Positions 30,541-45,076 of a stretch of DNA of 64,000 nucleotides are shown here, piece by piece. A program made the translations under genes and the position numbers. The DNA lies in the NCBI GenBank assembly GCA_951406725.2, contig OX597835.1:37882001-37946000 (forward strand), in the 5' to 3' direction. The stretch comes from Octopus vulgaris. Its lineage: Eukaryota. Below the pieces are notes generated by a model. The model had not been told where the DNA came from, made no database searches, and worked only from the letters and a program-made list of their open reading frames with translations. The first letter of the stretch is position 1. Each line of letters opens with the position of its first letter.

Positions 30541-30898
30541 TTGGTGATACTTTCCAATCATTTTAGATATTTCTAATGTCGATTTACCTTTTGCAAGTTC
30601 AGAAGTAATTACAGGCTTCTCTGAAGCAGGTAAGTCACATCTGCAACCCATAATTACATGATAATCAGATCACTCGTTTATAATTTGGAAGACTGAAAGT
30701 TTGTGGAAATCATGCAAACGGTAAGTTTGTTTACACTTGTGCAAAACTTCACATTTTTTGACACATCATGCTCATATAACTGTTACCATCATTCTTTGGA
30801 AACTTTGTTGAATCCCGACTAGTAGGTTTTGAATAAAAATTTAAAATGCTCCATAGTTAATAATTTGAAATGCAGGGTATATATATTCGTATATTGAG

Positions 30899-31228
30899 AT
30901 ACCCTTCGGTCATGACTGACTGTGGGATTGCACCTAGAGAGTTACCCTCCCAGGCACAAGTCCGGGCAAGATTGTTTATGGAAGACCAGCAGTCGCCCAT
31001 GCATACCAGACTCCCCTCTCCGCGTCACCAATGTTATCCAAGGGAAAGGCAAAGGCCAATACAGCTTGGCACCAGTGACGTCGCAACTCATTTCTACAGC
31101 TGAGTGAACTGGAACAACATGAAATAAAGTGTCTTGCTCAAGAACACAACACGCAACCCGGTCTGGGATTCGAACTCACAACCTCACGATCGTAACCTCG
31201 ACGCTCTAACCACTGAGCCATGCGCCTT
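30899..31228 (-). mobile_element. CORE-like SINE family E, full length
   Basis: Reverse complement of the 13053-13392 type, with clean A/B boxes. Confidence 0.85.
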
Positions 31229-31617
31229 CATATATTCGTATATATATATATATATATATCATCATCATTTAGCGTCTGCTTTCCATGCTAGCATAGGTTG
31301 CACAGTTCAACAGGGTCTGGGAAGCCAGAAGGCTGCACCAGGCCCAGTCTGATCTGACAGTGTTTCTACAGCTGGATGCCCTTCCTAACGCCAACCACTC
31401 CATGAGTGTAGTGGGTGCTTTTTACGTGCCAGACGAGGCTGGCAAACTGCCATGATCAAGCCACCGGCCATCAGAGTCAGGAGAAACATTATAAAGCTAA
31501 GCACTTTAAGGGCATGAAACACAGGGTGGCCACATGGACTGGCCATAACTATCTTTATTGAATATATATACAATAGTACCTCAGTTTTTGCACAACTCTG
31601 ATCATGAATAAATCGTG

Positions 31618-31713
<96 letters not shown>

Positions 31714-31914
31714 TGTGTGTGTGTACATATGTCTTTGTGCCTGATCATGTCCACACCACTGCTTCACAACTGATGTTCGTGCTTTATGTATATATATATA
31801 TAAAGAGATATAAATATACATATATATATTTTGTACTATGAGTATGATATATATATATATATATGTGTGTGTGTGCGTGTGTGTATATATATGTGTGTGT
31901 GTGTATATATATAT

Positions 31915-32305
31915 ACTCTTTTACTCTTTTACTTGTTTCAGTCATTTGACTGCGGCCATGCTGGAGCACCGCCTTTAGTCGAGCAAATCAACCCCGGGAC
32001 TTATTCTTTGTAAGCCCAGTACTTATTCTATCGGTCTCTTTTTTGCCGAACCGCTAAGTAACGGGGACGTAAACACACCAGCATCGGTTGTCAAGCAATG
32101 CTAAGGGGGACAAACACAGACACACAAACACACACATATATATATATATATATATACATATATATACAGGCTTGTGTCAGTCTGTGTGTCCACTCACAAG
32201 GCATGTGTGTGTGTGTGTAGTGTGTGTGCCCAAGATGCCACGCAGTGGGACAGAACCCAGAACTATGTGGTTGGTAGGCAAGCTACTTACCACACATATA
32301 TGCGC
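31915..32305 (-). mobile_element. SINE family A
   Basis: Tail, body and head present; middle partly rearranged. Confidence 0.85.
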
Positions 32306-33020
32306 CTATTTATATATAAAGTAAAAAGAATCAATTTTAAAAGATTTATTTCTTCAAAGAAAATAATGTCATTTAATGGATTTAGATACTTAATCTAGTT
32401 TATAGTAGAGATGTACTGTTCAGATTTTAATGATCTAGACCGCTTGGACATCATACTAATGAGTAATGTCCACACAGATTATACGCTATAATGAGACATG
32501 TCTATATACTTTTGAAATGTCTGTGTACATATACATACGCACACACATACCTAATTTCGTGTGCATTCATGCATTTCCCTGCTTGAGAGAGTGTAGGATT
32601 ATTCTAGAAGATTTCCTGTCTGTATATTAATTAAACACACACTTCTACGTCTGCATTTTGTTTATTCCAGTTCGTCCTAACATACCAGTCTTCAAGTATG
32701 TTCATATTACTCTAGAAGCTGTGTCTTTTAAGAAACCCAGCATCATGCATATATGTCTGTGTCTATAAATGTTTCTATACATATATACATATATTTATGC
32801 ATAGATATGTATGTATGTATCTATACATGTATGTAATCGATAGCACTTGAGACACAGCGTGTGATCATAAATATTATCATCTTATATTTTGCAAGTATCA
32901 TCTTTGCTTTTGACATTTCATATATTTATCAAGAGAAAACAGGGTTTGCATCTAAAGACATAATATCCAGACTTTCTTTCAGTTATTTTCCAATTGCATA
33001 CATACATACATTGCTTTAAA

Positions 33021-33090
<70 letters not shown>

Positions 33091-33132
33091 TATACATAGA
33101 TGAGTGTATTTTTCCCTTGTTAACAATTAAAT

Positions 33133-33179
<47 letters not shown>

Positions 33180-33196
33180 CATTCATACATACATAC

Positions 33197-33332
<136 letters not shown>

Positions 33333-33346
33333 TATACGCACACATG

Positions 33347-33385
<39 letters not shown>

Positions 33386-33666
33386 AAATATTTTCTTTGA
33401 AACTGTAATAGATTGTAACAAAGAATAATAATTAAGATCATGTTCCTGAGCAGGGCCCCCAGAGATGTATAAAACCTCTGACATATCTGTATCTTAAATC
33501 GCCTTATTATATATGGTCTGATACGAGGCTGGGAGGTCGAGAGAGGTTTATATTGTGGCTGTGCATCTGCTGTGAAAAAACAAATTATTTCCCTGTGTCT
33601 GCATTCGATATGGGTGTATATGCAAACACATGCATATGTATCTCTCTCTCTCTCTCTCTCTTACTG

Positions 33667-33698
<32 letters not shown>

Positions 33699-33745
33699 GT
33701 CACACACACTTGTACATATATTGTCATTGTATATATATATATATT

Positions 33746-33781
<36 letters not shown>

Positions 33782-33936
33782 AATATACATATGTGTGTAT
33801 ACATACATACATATATATATATATGTATGTATGTATGTATGTATATATATATATACACATAGACATATAAGCAAGTATGTGTATGAATATATTACATATA
33901 TTTATAAGTATATACATATATATGTGTGTGTGTGTG

Positions 33937-33985
<49 letters not shown>

Positions 33986-33990
33986 GCATG

Positions 33991-34035
<45 letters not shown>

Positions 34036-34057
34036 CTATCTGTCTGTCTATCTATCA

Positions 34058-34088
<31 letters not shown>

Positions 34089-34173
34089 CTTATGTATATA
34101 TGTGTATATATATATATAAAACAGTATTTTTTCTCTATCTCCAGGTCTCTCATTATATATATATGTGTGTATA

Positions 34174-34248
<75 letters not shown>

Positions 34249-34630
34249 GCAATCACATACCACCTGACACACATGCACGCACATACACACACATACATGC
34301 ATGCATACACACACACACACACACACAGCATACACAACGTACATACAGTAGGCAACAACATACATTCACACAAATCATTTCTGTTCGAAAGCGATGGCGA
34401 TTATTGATTAAATATTTTTGAAGACTTCCAGCGTTAACCGAACTCTTCATGTTGAAATGTCAAAAGAGTTGTTTCCATCTTGGAATTGGACAAATTGAAA
34501 GAACACAAGAGAGAAATCTTTCAACATTACCATCATTATTATAGAAATGTCCCGAAAAATCTACAAAGCAACAAAGAAAAGCTGCATAAGAAATAAAAAA
34601 AATCTGTGTCATGTCCTAAATATATATATG

Positions 34631-34682
<52 letters not shown>

Positions 34683-34795
34683 CATATATATATATACATA
34701 CATATATATATACACATATATATACACATATATATATACATATATATATATACATATACATATATATATATATATATATACACACACATATATAC

Positions 34796-34828
<33 letters not shown>

Positions 34829-35594
34829 CGTGTGTGTGTATGTATAAATATATAGACACACATCTAATTGTGTATATGTGTGTGTGTACCTATATATTTA
34901 TGTGTATATACATACATATATATATATGTGTATACATGCACACACACACACACACACATATATATACCATAATGCTGGCTTTCATCATGAGAGAAATCAC
35001 TGGTGCATATAATATATTTATAACTACATATATATCTATGTACTTGTGTGTGTGTGTGTGTGTGTCCATGTATATCTTCTGTATACATATAATAATATAT
35101 ATGATTTTAGAGATTATCTCAGAATACAACCAGTGACAGATGTCTGCAGACTTATACCTGACTGTGGAGTTAATGTGTTTGTGTGTCTATGTTTGCAAGT
35201 ATATTTGCATGTATTTATGTATGTATGTATGTATGTATGTATGTATGTATGTATGTATGTATGTATTTGTGTGTGTATGTATATATATATATATATATAT
35301 ATGTAGATATAAACATATATATATACATGGTATACATATATGTATTGATATATCTATATCTATCTATCTCTCTCTCTCTCCCTCTCTCTCTGTCTATCTC
35401 TGTCTCTTCCTTTCTTTCTCTATATATGTATGTATATGCACACACACACATATGCATTCATATATATATATATATATATATATCATAACGTGTGTATATG
35501 AAAGTGTGAGTATATATATATATTTAAATATCCATATATATATATATATATATATATACATTATACATACATATACATATATATACATATATAC

Positions 35595-35639
<45 letters not shown>

Positions 35640-35724
35640 ACATAATATATTAAAAGTGGGGCAGTCCAACTGCTCTACATCTTAGGGTGTGCTTCTTGTC
35701 CAGATTTATGTTTTCTATAAACGA

Positions 35725-36195
35725 AATGTATATATAGAGTGTAGGCGAGAAATATATGCCATAATATACATCTGGAAGATTCTGGAAGGACTTGTCCCAA
35801 ACTTTGGCATTGAGAGTTACACAAATACTAGAACTGGGCGCCACTGCATAGTGCCAAGGACTCCAAATATGCCATTAAGATGTAGGACAAGATACTGTGA
35901 TAGCCTGGGCTTCAGAGGTCCACAGCTCTTGAATATCCTCTTGAAGGACCTGAGAGACCTGCATGGGGTGGATGCAGATGTCTTTAAAATAAAGCTGGAC
36001 CTCTTCCTATCAGGTGTCCCAGATAAACCAACTTCACGGCAGGAGGTGCAGATGAAGACAGCTGCATCAAACTCTATCATGCACCAAATGTCAATTGCTA
36101 AAAAGCATTCATGAAGTAAAATCATGTAGCAAAACCGAATGGCAGTGCCCCAGCATGGCCACAGCTCGTGAGCTGATACTAGATATAAAAAAATA
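35725..36195 (+). mobile_element. 3' end of a CR1/L2-group LINE (ORF2 C-terminus plus 3' UTR)
   Basis: RRE.YAIIYIWKILEGLVPN...GPQLLNIL..LRDL...FKIKLDLFLSGVPDKP...AASNS typical of the ORF2 C-terminus; stop at 36114; 3' stem-loop at 36162-36175. Confidence 0.75.
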
Positions 36196-36200
36196 CATAC

Positions 36201-36233
<33 letters not shown>

Positions 36234-36249
36234 CATCTTATATATATAT

Positions 36250-36510
36250 ACTGGAGTAAGGACATAAATGTGAAACAAGGTGGAAAAAAAGAGTACTCAA
36301 ATACCAGATGTAGAGTAATATGCTTTATTTAAAAGCAGCAGAAATATATCAAAAGCTGTTACTCAGAGTTTCATGATCCCATTCATAGGGAAACAACAAA
36401 ACCTGTCCGACGAAGGGGAACGGGAAACTCTGAGTAACAGCTTTTGTTATATTTCTGCTGCTTTTAAATGAAGCATGTTTTAAATAAATACATGTTTGAT
36501 AAGTGCCACT
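36250..36510. mobile_element. Inverted-repeat Penelope-like remnant with decayed hammerheads on both arms
   Basis: Arms 36320-36390 and 36400-36478; ctgt-CCGACGA-AGGGGAACGG-GAAA-CTCTGAGT-A-acag at 36403-36440. Confidence 0.6.
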
Positions 36511-36780
36511 CTCAGTCTCTGAGTCACTGTAATTACTAGAATTACTGCTGAGACTACTACTACTAATCATATTAATTACGATAACAATAATAATGACAAT
36601 ATATATACACAAACACACATTCCTACACATGCAGTAGATATATGCCTATATACATCTATATGTTAATGTATGTATGTATGTATGTATGTATGTATGTATG
36701 TATGTATGTATGTTTGTATCTATATTTATACATATATATATATATATATATATTTATGCATATAAACACACATGTGTGTT

Positions 36781-36811
<31 letters not shown>

Positions 36812-37019
36812 CATCACTGTCATTTAACATTCACTTTGTATTTGTAAATGTATTGTTATATGTACATACATAACCTTAATTATATGCCTATATATATATA
36901 TATAATAATAATAATAATAATAATTATTATTATTATTTGAGGGAATAAAAATCCAAACTTACAAAGAAAAGGAATTCAATTTAGAAATACTAAATCAAAT
37001 TCCATACAATATAATATAT

Positions 37020-37431
37020 AAATAAAATAGTAGAAAAAACCCACCTTTTATCAATTCAAAATGAATAATTAAATTACACCATCTAGAAAATTACATATAA
37101 TAGAAAAGTAAAAATTAAAATAACAATAAAAAGTAAAGATTAAGTAAATTACAAAAATAATATAATGTATATAATAGGTATATAATGTATATAATATAAT
37201 GTATATAATATAATAATATATAATATAATAATATATAATAATATATAATCTATATAATAATAATATAATGTATATAATACCTATTATATACATTATATTA
37301 TTTTTGTAATTTACTTAATCTTTACTTTTTATTGTTATTTTAATTTTAATTTTCTATTATATGTAATTTTCTAGATGGTGTAATTTAATTATTCATTTTG
37401 AATTGATAATTGGTGGGTTTTTTCTACTATT

Positions 37432-37440
<9 letters not shown>
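37020..37440. repeat. Near-perfect AT-rich inverted repeat (~160-bp arms)
   Basis: 37025-37185 pairs with 37275-37435 around a TA/TAA-rich spacer. Confidence 0.85.
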
Positions 37441-37477
<37 letters not shown>

Positions 37478-37564
37478 TTGAAATTTACAGAAAAACAAAT
37501 GATGAAGAAAGGTGTATAAATAACAAACAGGTGTATTACTTTAATGCTTGGGAAAGTGAGAAAA

Positions 37565-37602
37565 TCTTTTATGTTTCGAGCCTATGCTCTTCAACAGAAA
37601 GG
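37565..37602 (-). ncRNA. Hammerhead-like motif with CUGUUGA core (mutated copy of 56054-56092)
   Basis: ttt-CTGTTGA-A-GAGC-atag-GCTC-GAAA-CAT-A-aaag, within a repeat (37480-37640) shared with 55985-56145. Confidence 0.4.
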
Positions 37603-37642
37603 AGTACGAGGAATTAAACAGAGAGAGAATAAGAAAGCTTTT

Positions 37643-37746
37643 GTTCATATTTATACACCTACATCTAAGCATTTGCATATACATTTAAGAGGGTACACAC
37701 AAACAAGTCCATTTACATATTAATATATGTGTATATCCATTAATAT

Positions 37747-37796
<50 letters not shown>

Positions 37797-37910
37797 GTTT
37801 GATATGTGTGTGTATGTGTATATTAATAACTATACAGACATATTAATGTTTGTGTGTATCCTCTTAAATGTATATGCAAATGTTTAGATGTAGGTGTATA
37901 AATATAAACA
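37643..37910. repeat. MITE-like inverted repeat (~60-bp arms) around a (TA)n core
   Basis: atatttatacacctacatctaagcatttgcatatacatttaagaggg pairs with cctcttaaatgtatatgcaaatgtttagatgtaggtgtataaatat. Confidence 0.7.
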
Positions 37911-38980
37911 TATATCTTATCTTATTGTTATGCAAAACATCGAAGTATGTCATTCATATAAACACAAATACAAATGTCTGTCTGTCAATCTCCCTGTCTG
38001 TTTGTATGTATACATGCATGTATGTAAGTATGTATGTATGTATGTATGTATGTATGTATGTATGTATGTATGTATGTATGTATGTATGTATGTATGTATG
38101 ACTGTATGGATGTATGTATGTATGTATGTATGTATGTATGTATGTATATATGTATGTATGTACGTATGTATATAAATATGTGTGTGTGTATGTTCTATTT
38201 TAAATTATTTGAATTCTTCCTCTGAATAAGGTGCTGGTTTCTAACAAAGCTACAAAGCTCCATCACTGGAATGTAGACAGCGAAAACAATGTCACATTTT
38301 AAACTTGAGGAACATCTTGCATATTTTTACTGTTCCACTTACAGATTCTATTTGTAATGTGTGAGTTAACTGGTTGATCTCTTTTACTGCAAACCCTAGC
38401 TTAGCCAGATTCTCGCTCAGGCATTTATTCACAAAACCAAATTCACCAATTATTATTGGTATAAATGTGAATTTATAATCTGGATATCGAACCTGGAGGT
38501 TTCAAAGCAGATGACCATGGTTATCCTCTTTCTCTTTGATTTTCAAGGACATATTCACATCAGCAAGACAACCGACCTCTGTGACCTGATGCAGCTGACA
38601 TCATACAGCTGACTTCATACTTTTTCTTGGCTGTCCCAAACAACAATATCTGGCCTGTTATGTTTGCACTTGACAGAAGTTTTGATGGAGATGTTCCACC
38701 TTGTGTCGATGTTTGTATATGTATTCAATAACAAGGAGATTCTCTACATTTATTCCAGAACAGTCTTTTTATGTGTATGTAAGCATGTGTACATGTATAT
38801 GTGCCTAGATACTTGTGTGTGTCAGTGCTCACATGTGTGTATGTGTGTATACACACACACATACCTACATACATACATGCATACATAAATATGTACATAC
38901 ATATATATGCAAGGTGTGCTGAAAATTTCCTGGCTTTCTGTAAAAGAAAACACAGGAGGATCAGTCAATTATGATTTTAT

Positions 38981-39023
<43 letters not shown>

Positions 39024-39447
39024 GACCCTGTTACCATACATACATATATATATCATCATCATCATCATCATCATCGTTTAACGTCCGTTCTCCATGCTAG
39101 CATGGGTTGGACGGTTCGACCGGGGATCTGGGAAGCCAGGGGGCTGCACCAGGCTCCAGTCTGATCTGGCAATGTTTCTACAGCTGGATGCCCTTCCTAA
39201 TGCCAAACCCGTCTTTCGTAGTGGGTATATATATATACGTATATAAACAGGTGCCAAACAAGCTGCAACGGCCAATATACGGAATAAATATTTTTGTGCC
39301 CCATGTACGGAAATTTAGTTTCGGCCACGAGTCGGATAGTTTTACGTACCAAGAAAAGGGATCATCATCAGCATGGTCCCATATAAAATGCGATTTGCTA
39401 TGCCCTAAATGTCTTCGCAACAAAATTGGCATGATATATATATATAT

Positions 39448-39535
<88 letters not shown>

Positions 39536-39537
<2 letters not shown>

Positions 39538-39825
39538 GTAAATATAATATGTGACAATTATTTGGTAGCCAAGATAAAACTCTGAGTTTCGGATGCCGAG
39601 GTTGAAATCCACACCATCATCTCTTCAGTTATTCGGCCATTGGAAAAACGCTTTGAAAAAAGACTGTTATACAAAGGTAAATTACTGTGTTATAGACCGC
39701 TATTTAAACAAAAGCAGTAATTTCATAGCATTTTTCAGATGGCTGGATTTCCACCTCGGCATCCAAAACTCAGAGTTTTATCTTGGCTACTGAATAATTG
39801 CCACATATTATATTTACAGATAAAT
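39536..39825. mobile_element. Inverted-repeat Penelope-like remnant
   Basis: 39536-39620 is the inverse of 39738-39820; abuts (TA)n; contains the hammerhead at 39574-39632. Confidence 0.6.
39574..39632 (-). ncRNA. Type I hammerhead ribozyme motif
   Basis: ataa-CTGAAGA-GATG...CATCC-GAAA-CTC-A-GAGT-T-ttat: stem I ataa/ttat, stem III ACUC/GAGU, GUU site. Confidence 0.6.
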
Positions 39826-39983
39826 TTTTATATTTACACAATATTGAGGTCTCTTTTTTTCTTTTGTTATCTCACCGTTTTTACCAAAAGGGCTTTTAGC
39901 TCTTATTTCTAGCAATGTAGGTGCTACGTTGCCCTGTCAGTCGCAACTAGTGACAATTAAATTTTTCCTTTTTGGTTGTATAT

Positions 39984-40022
<39 letters not shown>

Positions 40023-40172
40023 CTGATGCAGTTCTCTGGCTTACTTGTTCCAATCAAACTGTCTAACCCATGCCAGCATCGAAAACAGACACTAAATGAT
40101 GATGATGATGACAATGATGGAGATGATGATGGTGATGATGATGATGATGATGATAATGATGATTGTGATGAT

Positions 40173-40213
<41 letters not shown>

Positions 40214-42182
40214 ATGATGATAATGATTGTGATAATAGGTGATGATGAGGATCATTATGATGATGATGATGATTGTGATGATAGATGATGATGATGATGA
40301 TACATGAGTTTGCATGTATATATTTGTTATTCTGTATGTGCATCTGTGTATGTATGTGTATGTATGTATCTGCACGACCATATATGTGCACCTGTGCGTG
40401 TGTGAGTGTGTGAATGTCTGCATGTGCGTGTGTGTGTTGCATGTGTATGATCGCTTGTATGTGTGTCTGCATCCCCCTTGTTTTGTGGTGCCGCCATAGC
40501 TCTGTGACGTGAACAATTCAAAGTGTTTTGATGTGGTCTTACTTACGGCACACTGCTTTCAAACACACACCACTTGTTTCACATTGCATGCAAAGGAAAT
40601 TTTCTGATCAATGCAACAAGACAAATACACACAAACAGATGGCAGTTATTGTTATTTAGCCCTAGGTCAATGATTCAGTGAACAGCCAATTGGATCAAAA
40701 GACTTTTCGGGCATGACCATCTTGTCTTTTTACACAAGTATGTCTCAAAGTAAATTATGCAATATGTTCGTTTCTCTTATATAAAACAAACAGTATGTTA
40801 TCTGAGAGGAAAGATTTGGCTGCTATTTTTAGCATAGCAAGCAGTGGCAAATGGCATCCCTCTATGTATCTTAATTCAGTGGTATTTTTAATGTTTATAG
40901 ATTTTATCATTATCATCATCATTGTCATCGTCATCATCGTCCCTATCGTCATCATCTTCGTTGTCTTCATCATCATCATTATCTTCATCATCAACATCGT
41001 CATCATCTTTGTTGTTGTCATCTTCATCATCATCGTCATCGTCATTGTCAACATCATCATCATCATTGTTGTCATCATCATCGTCATCATCATCATAATC
41101 ATCATTTAATGGCTGTTTCCTATGCTGGCATAAGTTGGATGGTTTAGCAGAATTGAGTTAACCACAGAGCAGCATTGAGCTTTGTGTCAGCTTTGGCATG
41201 GTTTCTACAACTGGATGCCATTCCTTAGGTCATCAACTTTTACAGAATATACTAGGCACTTCTCCCATGCCACTGGCACTATGGAGGTTGCCAAGTAAAA
41301 TACTAGATATAAAAGAACAGAGAAAATCTCCTTGATTATGTGGGGTCGGAGAGTATAAAACGGATAAAGGGTAAAGATCCCCTTCAATCTTGAATGACCA
41401 TGGAATTGCACCTAGAAAGTTACCCTCCAAGGCACAAGTCTGGGCAAAATTGTGTATGGAAGTGCAGCATTTGCCTATGCTTACCAGCCTCCCCTCTCCG
41501 TGCCATTGATGTTATCCAAGTGGGGTGGCTTTATGCTAGATAAAGAGAGGCTAAAGTATGATAGACAGGCACCATACTGTTGAAGAGACACAATTTTCCC
41601 TATTCAGAGAAAGAGATGGTAGTAAAGGTGTGTTGGAGCCTTCACTCTTTTTGTTAACTCTCATTATATTTCACTGTCTGCTCACATGACTCCCCAACTG
41701 ATTTTGTAAGATTTGAACTTTAAGCACAAATTGAGCTAAAACAGATACACTGAAACATTCTAACTAGAACAGCAACCACTCAGCCAATTTACCAGATTTT
41801 CCAAATATAAACCCCCATCGCTTGTTAAATAAGAAAATTATAAATAACAACAATAACAGATTTGTACATTAATGTTCTAAAGTCATTAAAAATGGTGTCA
41901 CAAGTTATGGACATCCCCCTTTTGATAATGTAATTCTGGAAAGCTCTTAATGTACTTAATAACTGCATCAGCAAGACACATAAATCAAATATGTTCATTA
42001 TATTAAACATAAACGTCCACATAAGCAAATTAAGCAACATTATAAATGAGAGAAGAATACTATCTTCTATGAAAGCTGACTCCAATGACAGTGCTTAAAA
42101 GAGAAGAAAAAACATAAAGAAATTTAACAAAATCCTCAATAGCCATGATTTTGCTACTGTCATATATATATATATGGTAGGA

Positions 42183-42223
<41 letters not shown>

Positions 42224-42341
42224 ACTCTCTTTCTTTATCTCTCAGTCAGTTAGTCAGTCTCTGTCTGTCACTCTCTCTCTACCTCTCTCTCTCTCTTGCA
42301 CATATCTAATTATTTATCTATTCATCTATTTAATTTTCTTT

Positions 42342-42401
<60 letters not shown>

Positions 42402-42410
42402 ATATCTATC

Positions 42411-42485
<75 letters not shown>

Positions 42486-42577
42486 GTCTGTCTGTCTATC
42501 TATCTACTTATCTATTTATCTATCTACTTATCTATCTATTTACTTATCTATCTATCATCTTTCTTTCTTTCTTTCTT

Positions 42578-42652
<75 letters not shown>

Positions 42653-43094
42653 GTTTAGCTATCTACCTATTTAGCTATCTACCTACTTATCTATCTGTCC
42701 AACCATCCATCCATCCATCCATCCATCCATCCATCCATCCATCCATCTATTCTTCCTTCCTTCCTTCTTTCCCTCCCTTTATAATACTTTCTGTGTCAAT
42801 AAAAGATAAAACAATAAAACATTTTACATTTTTTTCTCAAAATTTCTTTTGTATTATAATATTGTGGGATGGCCACGGATTGAATCATGGCATAATTTTA
42901 TGGCTGGATGCTTTCCCTTTCACCAACCTTCATCACAATTTTAAGTAAAGGATTTCATATTCCACAGGTCTTCTAATGCACAGACCGGCTGGTCAAAAGG
43001 TCAACAAGCAATTTCAACATCATAGCACTGTTTGTCACGAGCAATGCCACAGGATGTCTTATTCATGCACATTCACACATATGCACACATAAAG

Positions 43095-43410
43095 ACATAC
43101 CGTCTTTATGTTCCGTCTCAAGCCATGCCTGGCTCATAGGGCCGGTCCCCCGGTTTCCTTGACGTATAGGTTCCCCACCTGGATGGGACGCTGGTCCGTC
43201 GCAGGTGAGCTGCAAGATGCAGAAGGAAAGAGTGAGAGAAAGTTGTGGCGAAAGAATCAGCAGAAGTTTCGCCATTACCTTCTGCCGGAGCTGCGAGGAG
43301 CTTAGGTATTTTCGCTCATAAACACACACATCGCCCGGTCTGAGATTCGAACCCACGATCCTTCGACTGTGAGTCCGCTGCTCTAACCACTAGGCCATGT
43401 GCCTCCACAC
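43095..43410 (-). mobile_element. SINE family C head with alternative (V-domain-like) 3' body
   Basis: Head as 12583; 3' part gcgacggaccagcgtcccatccaggtgggg shared with 58243-58559. Confidence 0.75.
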
Positions 43411-43469
43411 ATATATATATACGTACACACATACATGGTGATTGCTTCATCTATAGTGAAACATCTGTA

Positions 43470-44879
43470 CGAGGTGGTATTAAAAAGTTCCCAGACTAGT
43501 TCTGTAGCATGCCAACAGATGGCAGCACATGGTTGCATGTCCAGTGAGAGCTAGCACTGGCCTTCGTGGGGCAGTGTGCTGAGTGACATTGTTGTGTTTA
43601 CTTTACAGGTTGTGAAATTTGTGTATTTGTGATCATGTGTATGATGTAGTCTGTGATCTTGTCATGGATAGGAACAAAGATCCAAAGTGAAATTTTATGT
43701 TAAACATGAGAAGTCTGCTACAGAGATGTTGAGCATGCTTCAGCAAGCTTACAGCAATGAGGCAATGGGTCATATGCAATGTTTTGAGTGGCACAGGTGC
43801 TTCAAAAGTGGAAGAACATCCCTGGACGATGATGAGCAATCTGGATGACCTTCCACGAGCATCAGCTCTAGAAATATGGTATTGTACATCGAGAATTCAT
43901 CCCCCAGGGCCAGACCATCAATCAAGAGGCCTACTGCGACATATTGAAATATTTGAGGGAGGACATTCAGCAAATGTCTATGGATCTTTGGAGCACAAAG
44001 CATTGGATTCTTCACTGTGCTCTCCTCACTCATGGGTTTCTCACTAAAAGCAACATGGTATCGCTTCTGTGTGGAGGTGCAATGGCCCAATGGTTAGGGC
44101 AGTGGACTCGCGGTCATAGGCTCGCAGTTTCGATTCCCAGACCGGGCGTTGTGAGTGTTTATTGAGCGAAAACACCTAAAGCTCCACAAGGATCCAGCGG
44201 GGGATGGTGGTGATCCTTGCTGTATTCTTTCACCACAACTTTCTCTTACTCTCTCTTCTTGTTTCTGTTGTACTTGTATTTCAAAGGTCCAGCCTTGTCA
44301 CACTCTGTGTCACGCTGAATCTCCTTGAGAACTACGTTAGGGGTACACGTGTCTCTGGAGTACTCAGCCACTTGCATGTTAATAAATGAGCTGCGACGTC
44401 ACTGGTGCCAAGCTGTATCGGCCTTTGCCTTTCCCTTGGATAACATCGGTGGCATGGAGAGGGGAGGCTGGTATGTGTGGGCGTCTGCTGGTCTTCTATA
44501 AACAACCTTGCTCAGACTTGTACCTCGGAGGGTAACTTTCTAGGTGCAATTCCATGGTCATTCATGACCGAAGGAGGTCACAAAACAAACAAAAAAAAAA
44601 ACCTGTACCCACCCTATTTCTCCAGATTTAGTTCCTGTGGACTTCCATCTCTTCCTCAAGAAGAAAATACAGCTCAAAGGTCACCGTTTTAACATCGTTG
44701 TAGAGATCCAGAGTGAATCACTGAATGTTCTTGACTCACACAGAACAACTTCCAGGCTGGGTTCTAAAAGTGGCAGGAATGCTGGGACCAGTGTATTGTT
44801 GCAGAAGGTGACTATTCTGAAAGAGACAATGTTATTTTCTTAAACATAACTATTTGCGGAACCTTTTGATACTATTTCA
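43470..44879 (+). mobile_element. Decayed, internally deleted mariner element with nested SINE
   Basis: TA|cgaggtggtattaaaaagttcc 5' TIR and ggaaccttttgatactatttca 3' TIR; fragments KSATEMLSMLQQAY...CFEWHRCFKSGRTSLDDD, IVHREFIPQGQTINQEAYCDIL and (Y)SPDL.PVDFHLF...LKGHRF. Confidence 0.85.
44071..44590 (+). mobile_element. Chimeric SINE: family C head plus family E 3' part
   Basis: 44071-44270 matches family C; 44385-44580 matches family E 3' region. Confidence 0.8.
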
Positions 44880-45076
44880 TGTGTCATTAGATTTAAGTGC
44901 CGAAAATTTGTACAACACTTTTGCCTCTCTCTCAGTTCGCTTAGTGGGTTCAAGTGACAAGCATTGCAAAGGGACTGGTGCTATTTTGTTTGAAAGTTTT
45001 ATGTCAGAATATCGTCCTTCAGAAAGAGCTGCCTTCCCCATGGTTTTGTCAAAAATAATAATAACCTCCTTTACAC
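44877..45076 (-). CDS. Weak candidate terminal exon (VKEVIIIFDKTMGKAALSEGRY...LYKFSALKSNDT*)
   Basis: atttcaag acceptor, 65 open codons of unique sequence; phase-compatible with ATG GCG GCA TTT G|gtaagt at 47348-47336. No homology recognised. Confidence 0.2.

Larger units (their letters stand above)
28402..30877 (-). mobile_element. Decayed Tc1-family DNA transposon with long (>130 nt) TIRs, containing a nested MITE and SINE
   Basis: 28402-28530 is the diverged inverse of 30745-30877, TA-flanked. Minus-strand fragments GKSTLEISKMIG.YHQT / VKNPDLTSGELF / FSKVLFMDET / IIIWAGI / QDNHP.H match Tc1 HTH and DDE motifs, with frameshifts and stops. Confidence 0.85.

Noticed and set aside
39300-39375. 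Minus-strand CTGATGA...GAAAC hammerhead-like spacing
   Set aside because: Stems I-III cannot be drawn convincingly; at best a decayed copy.
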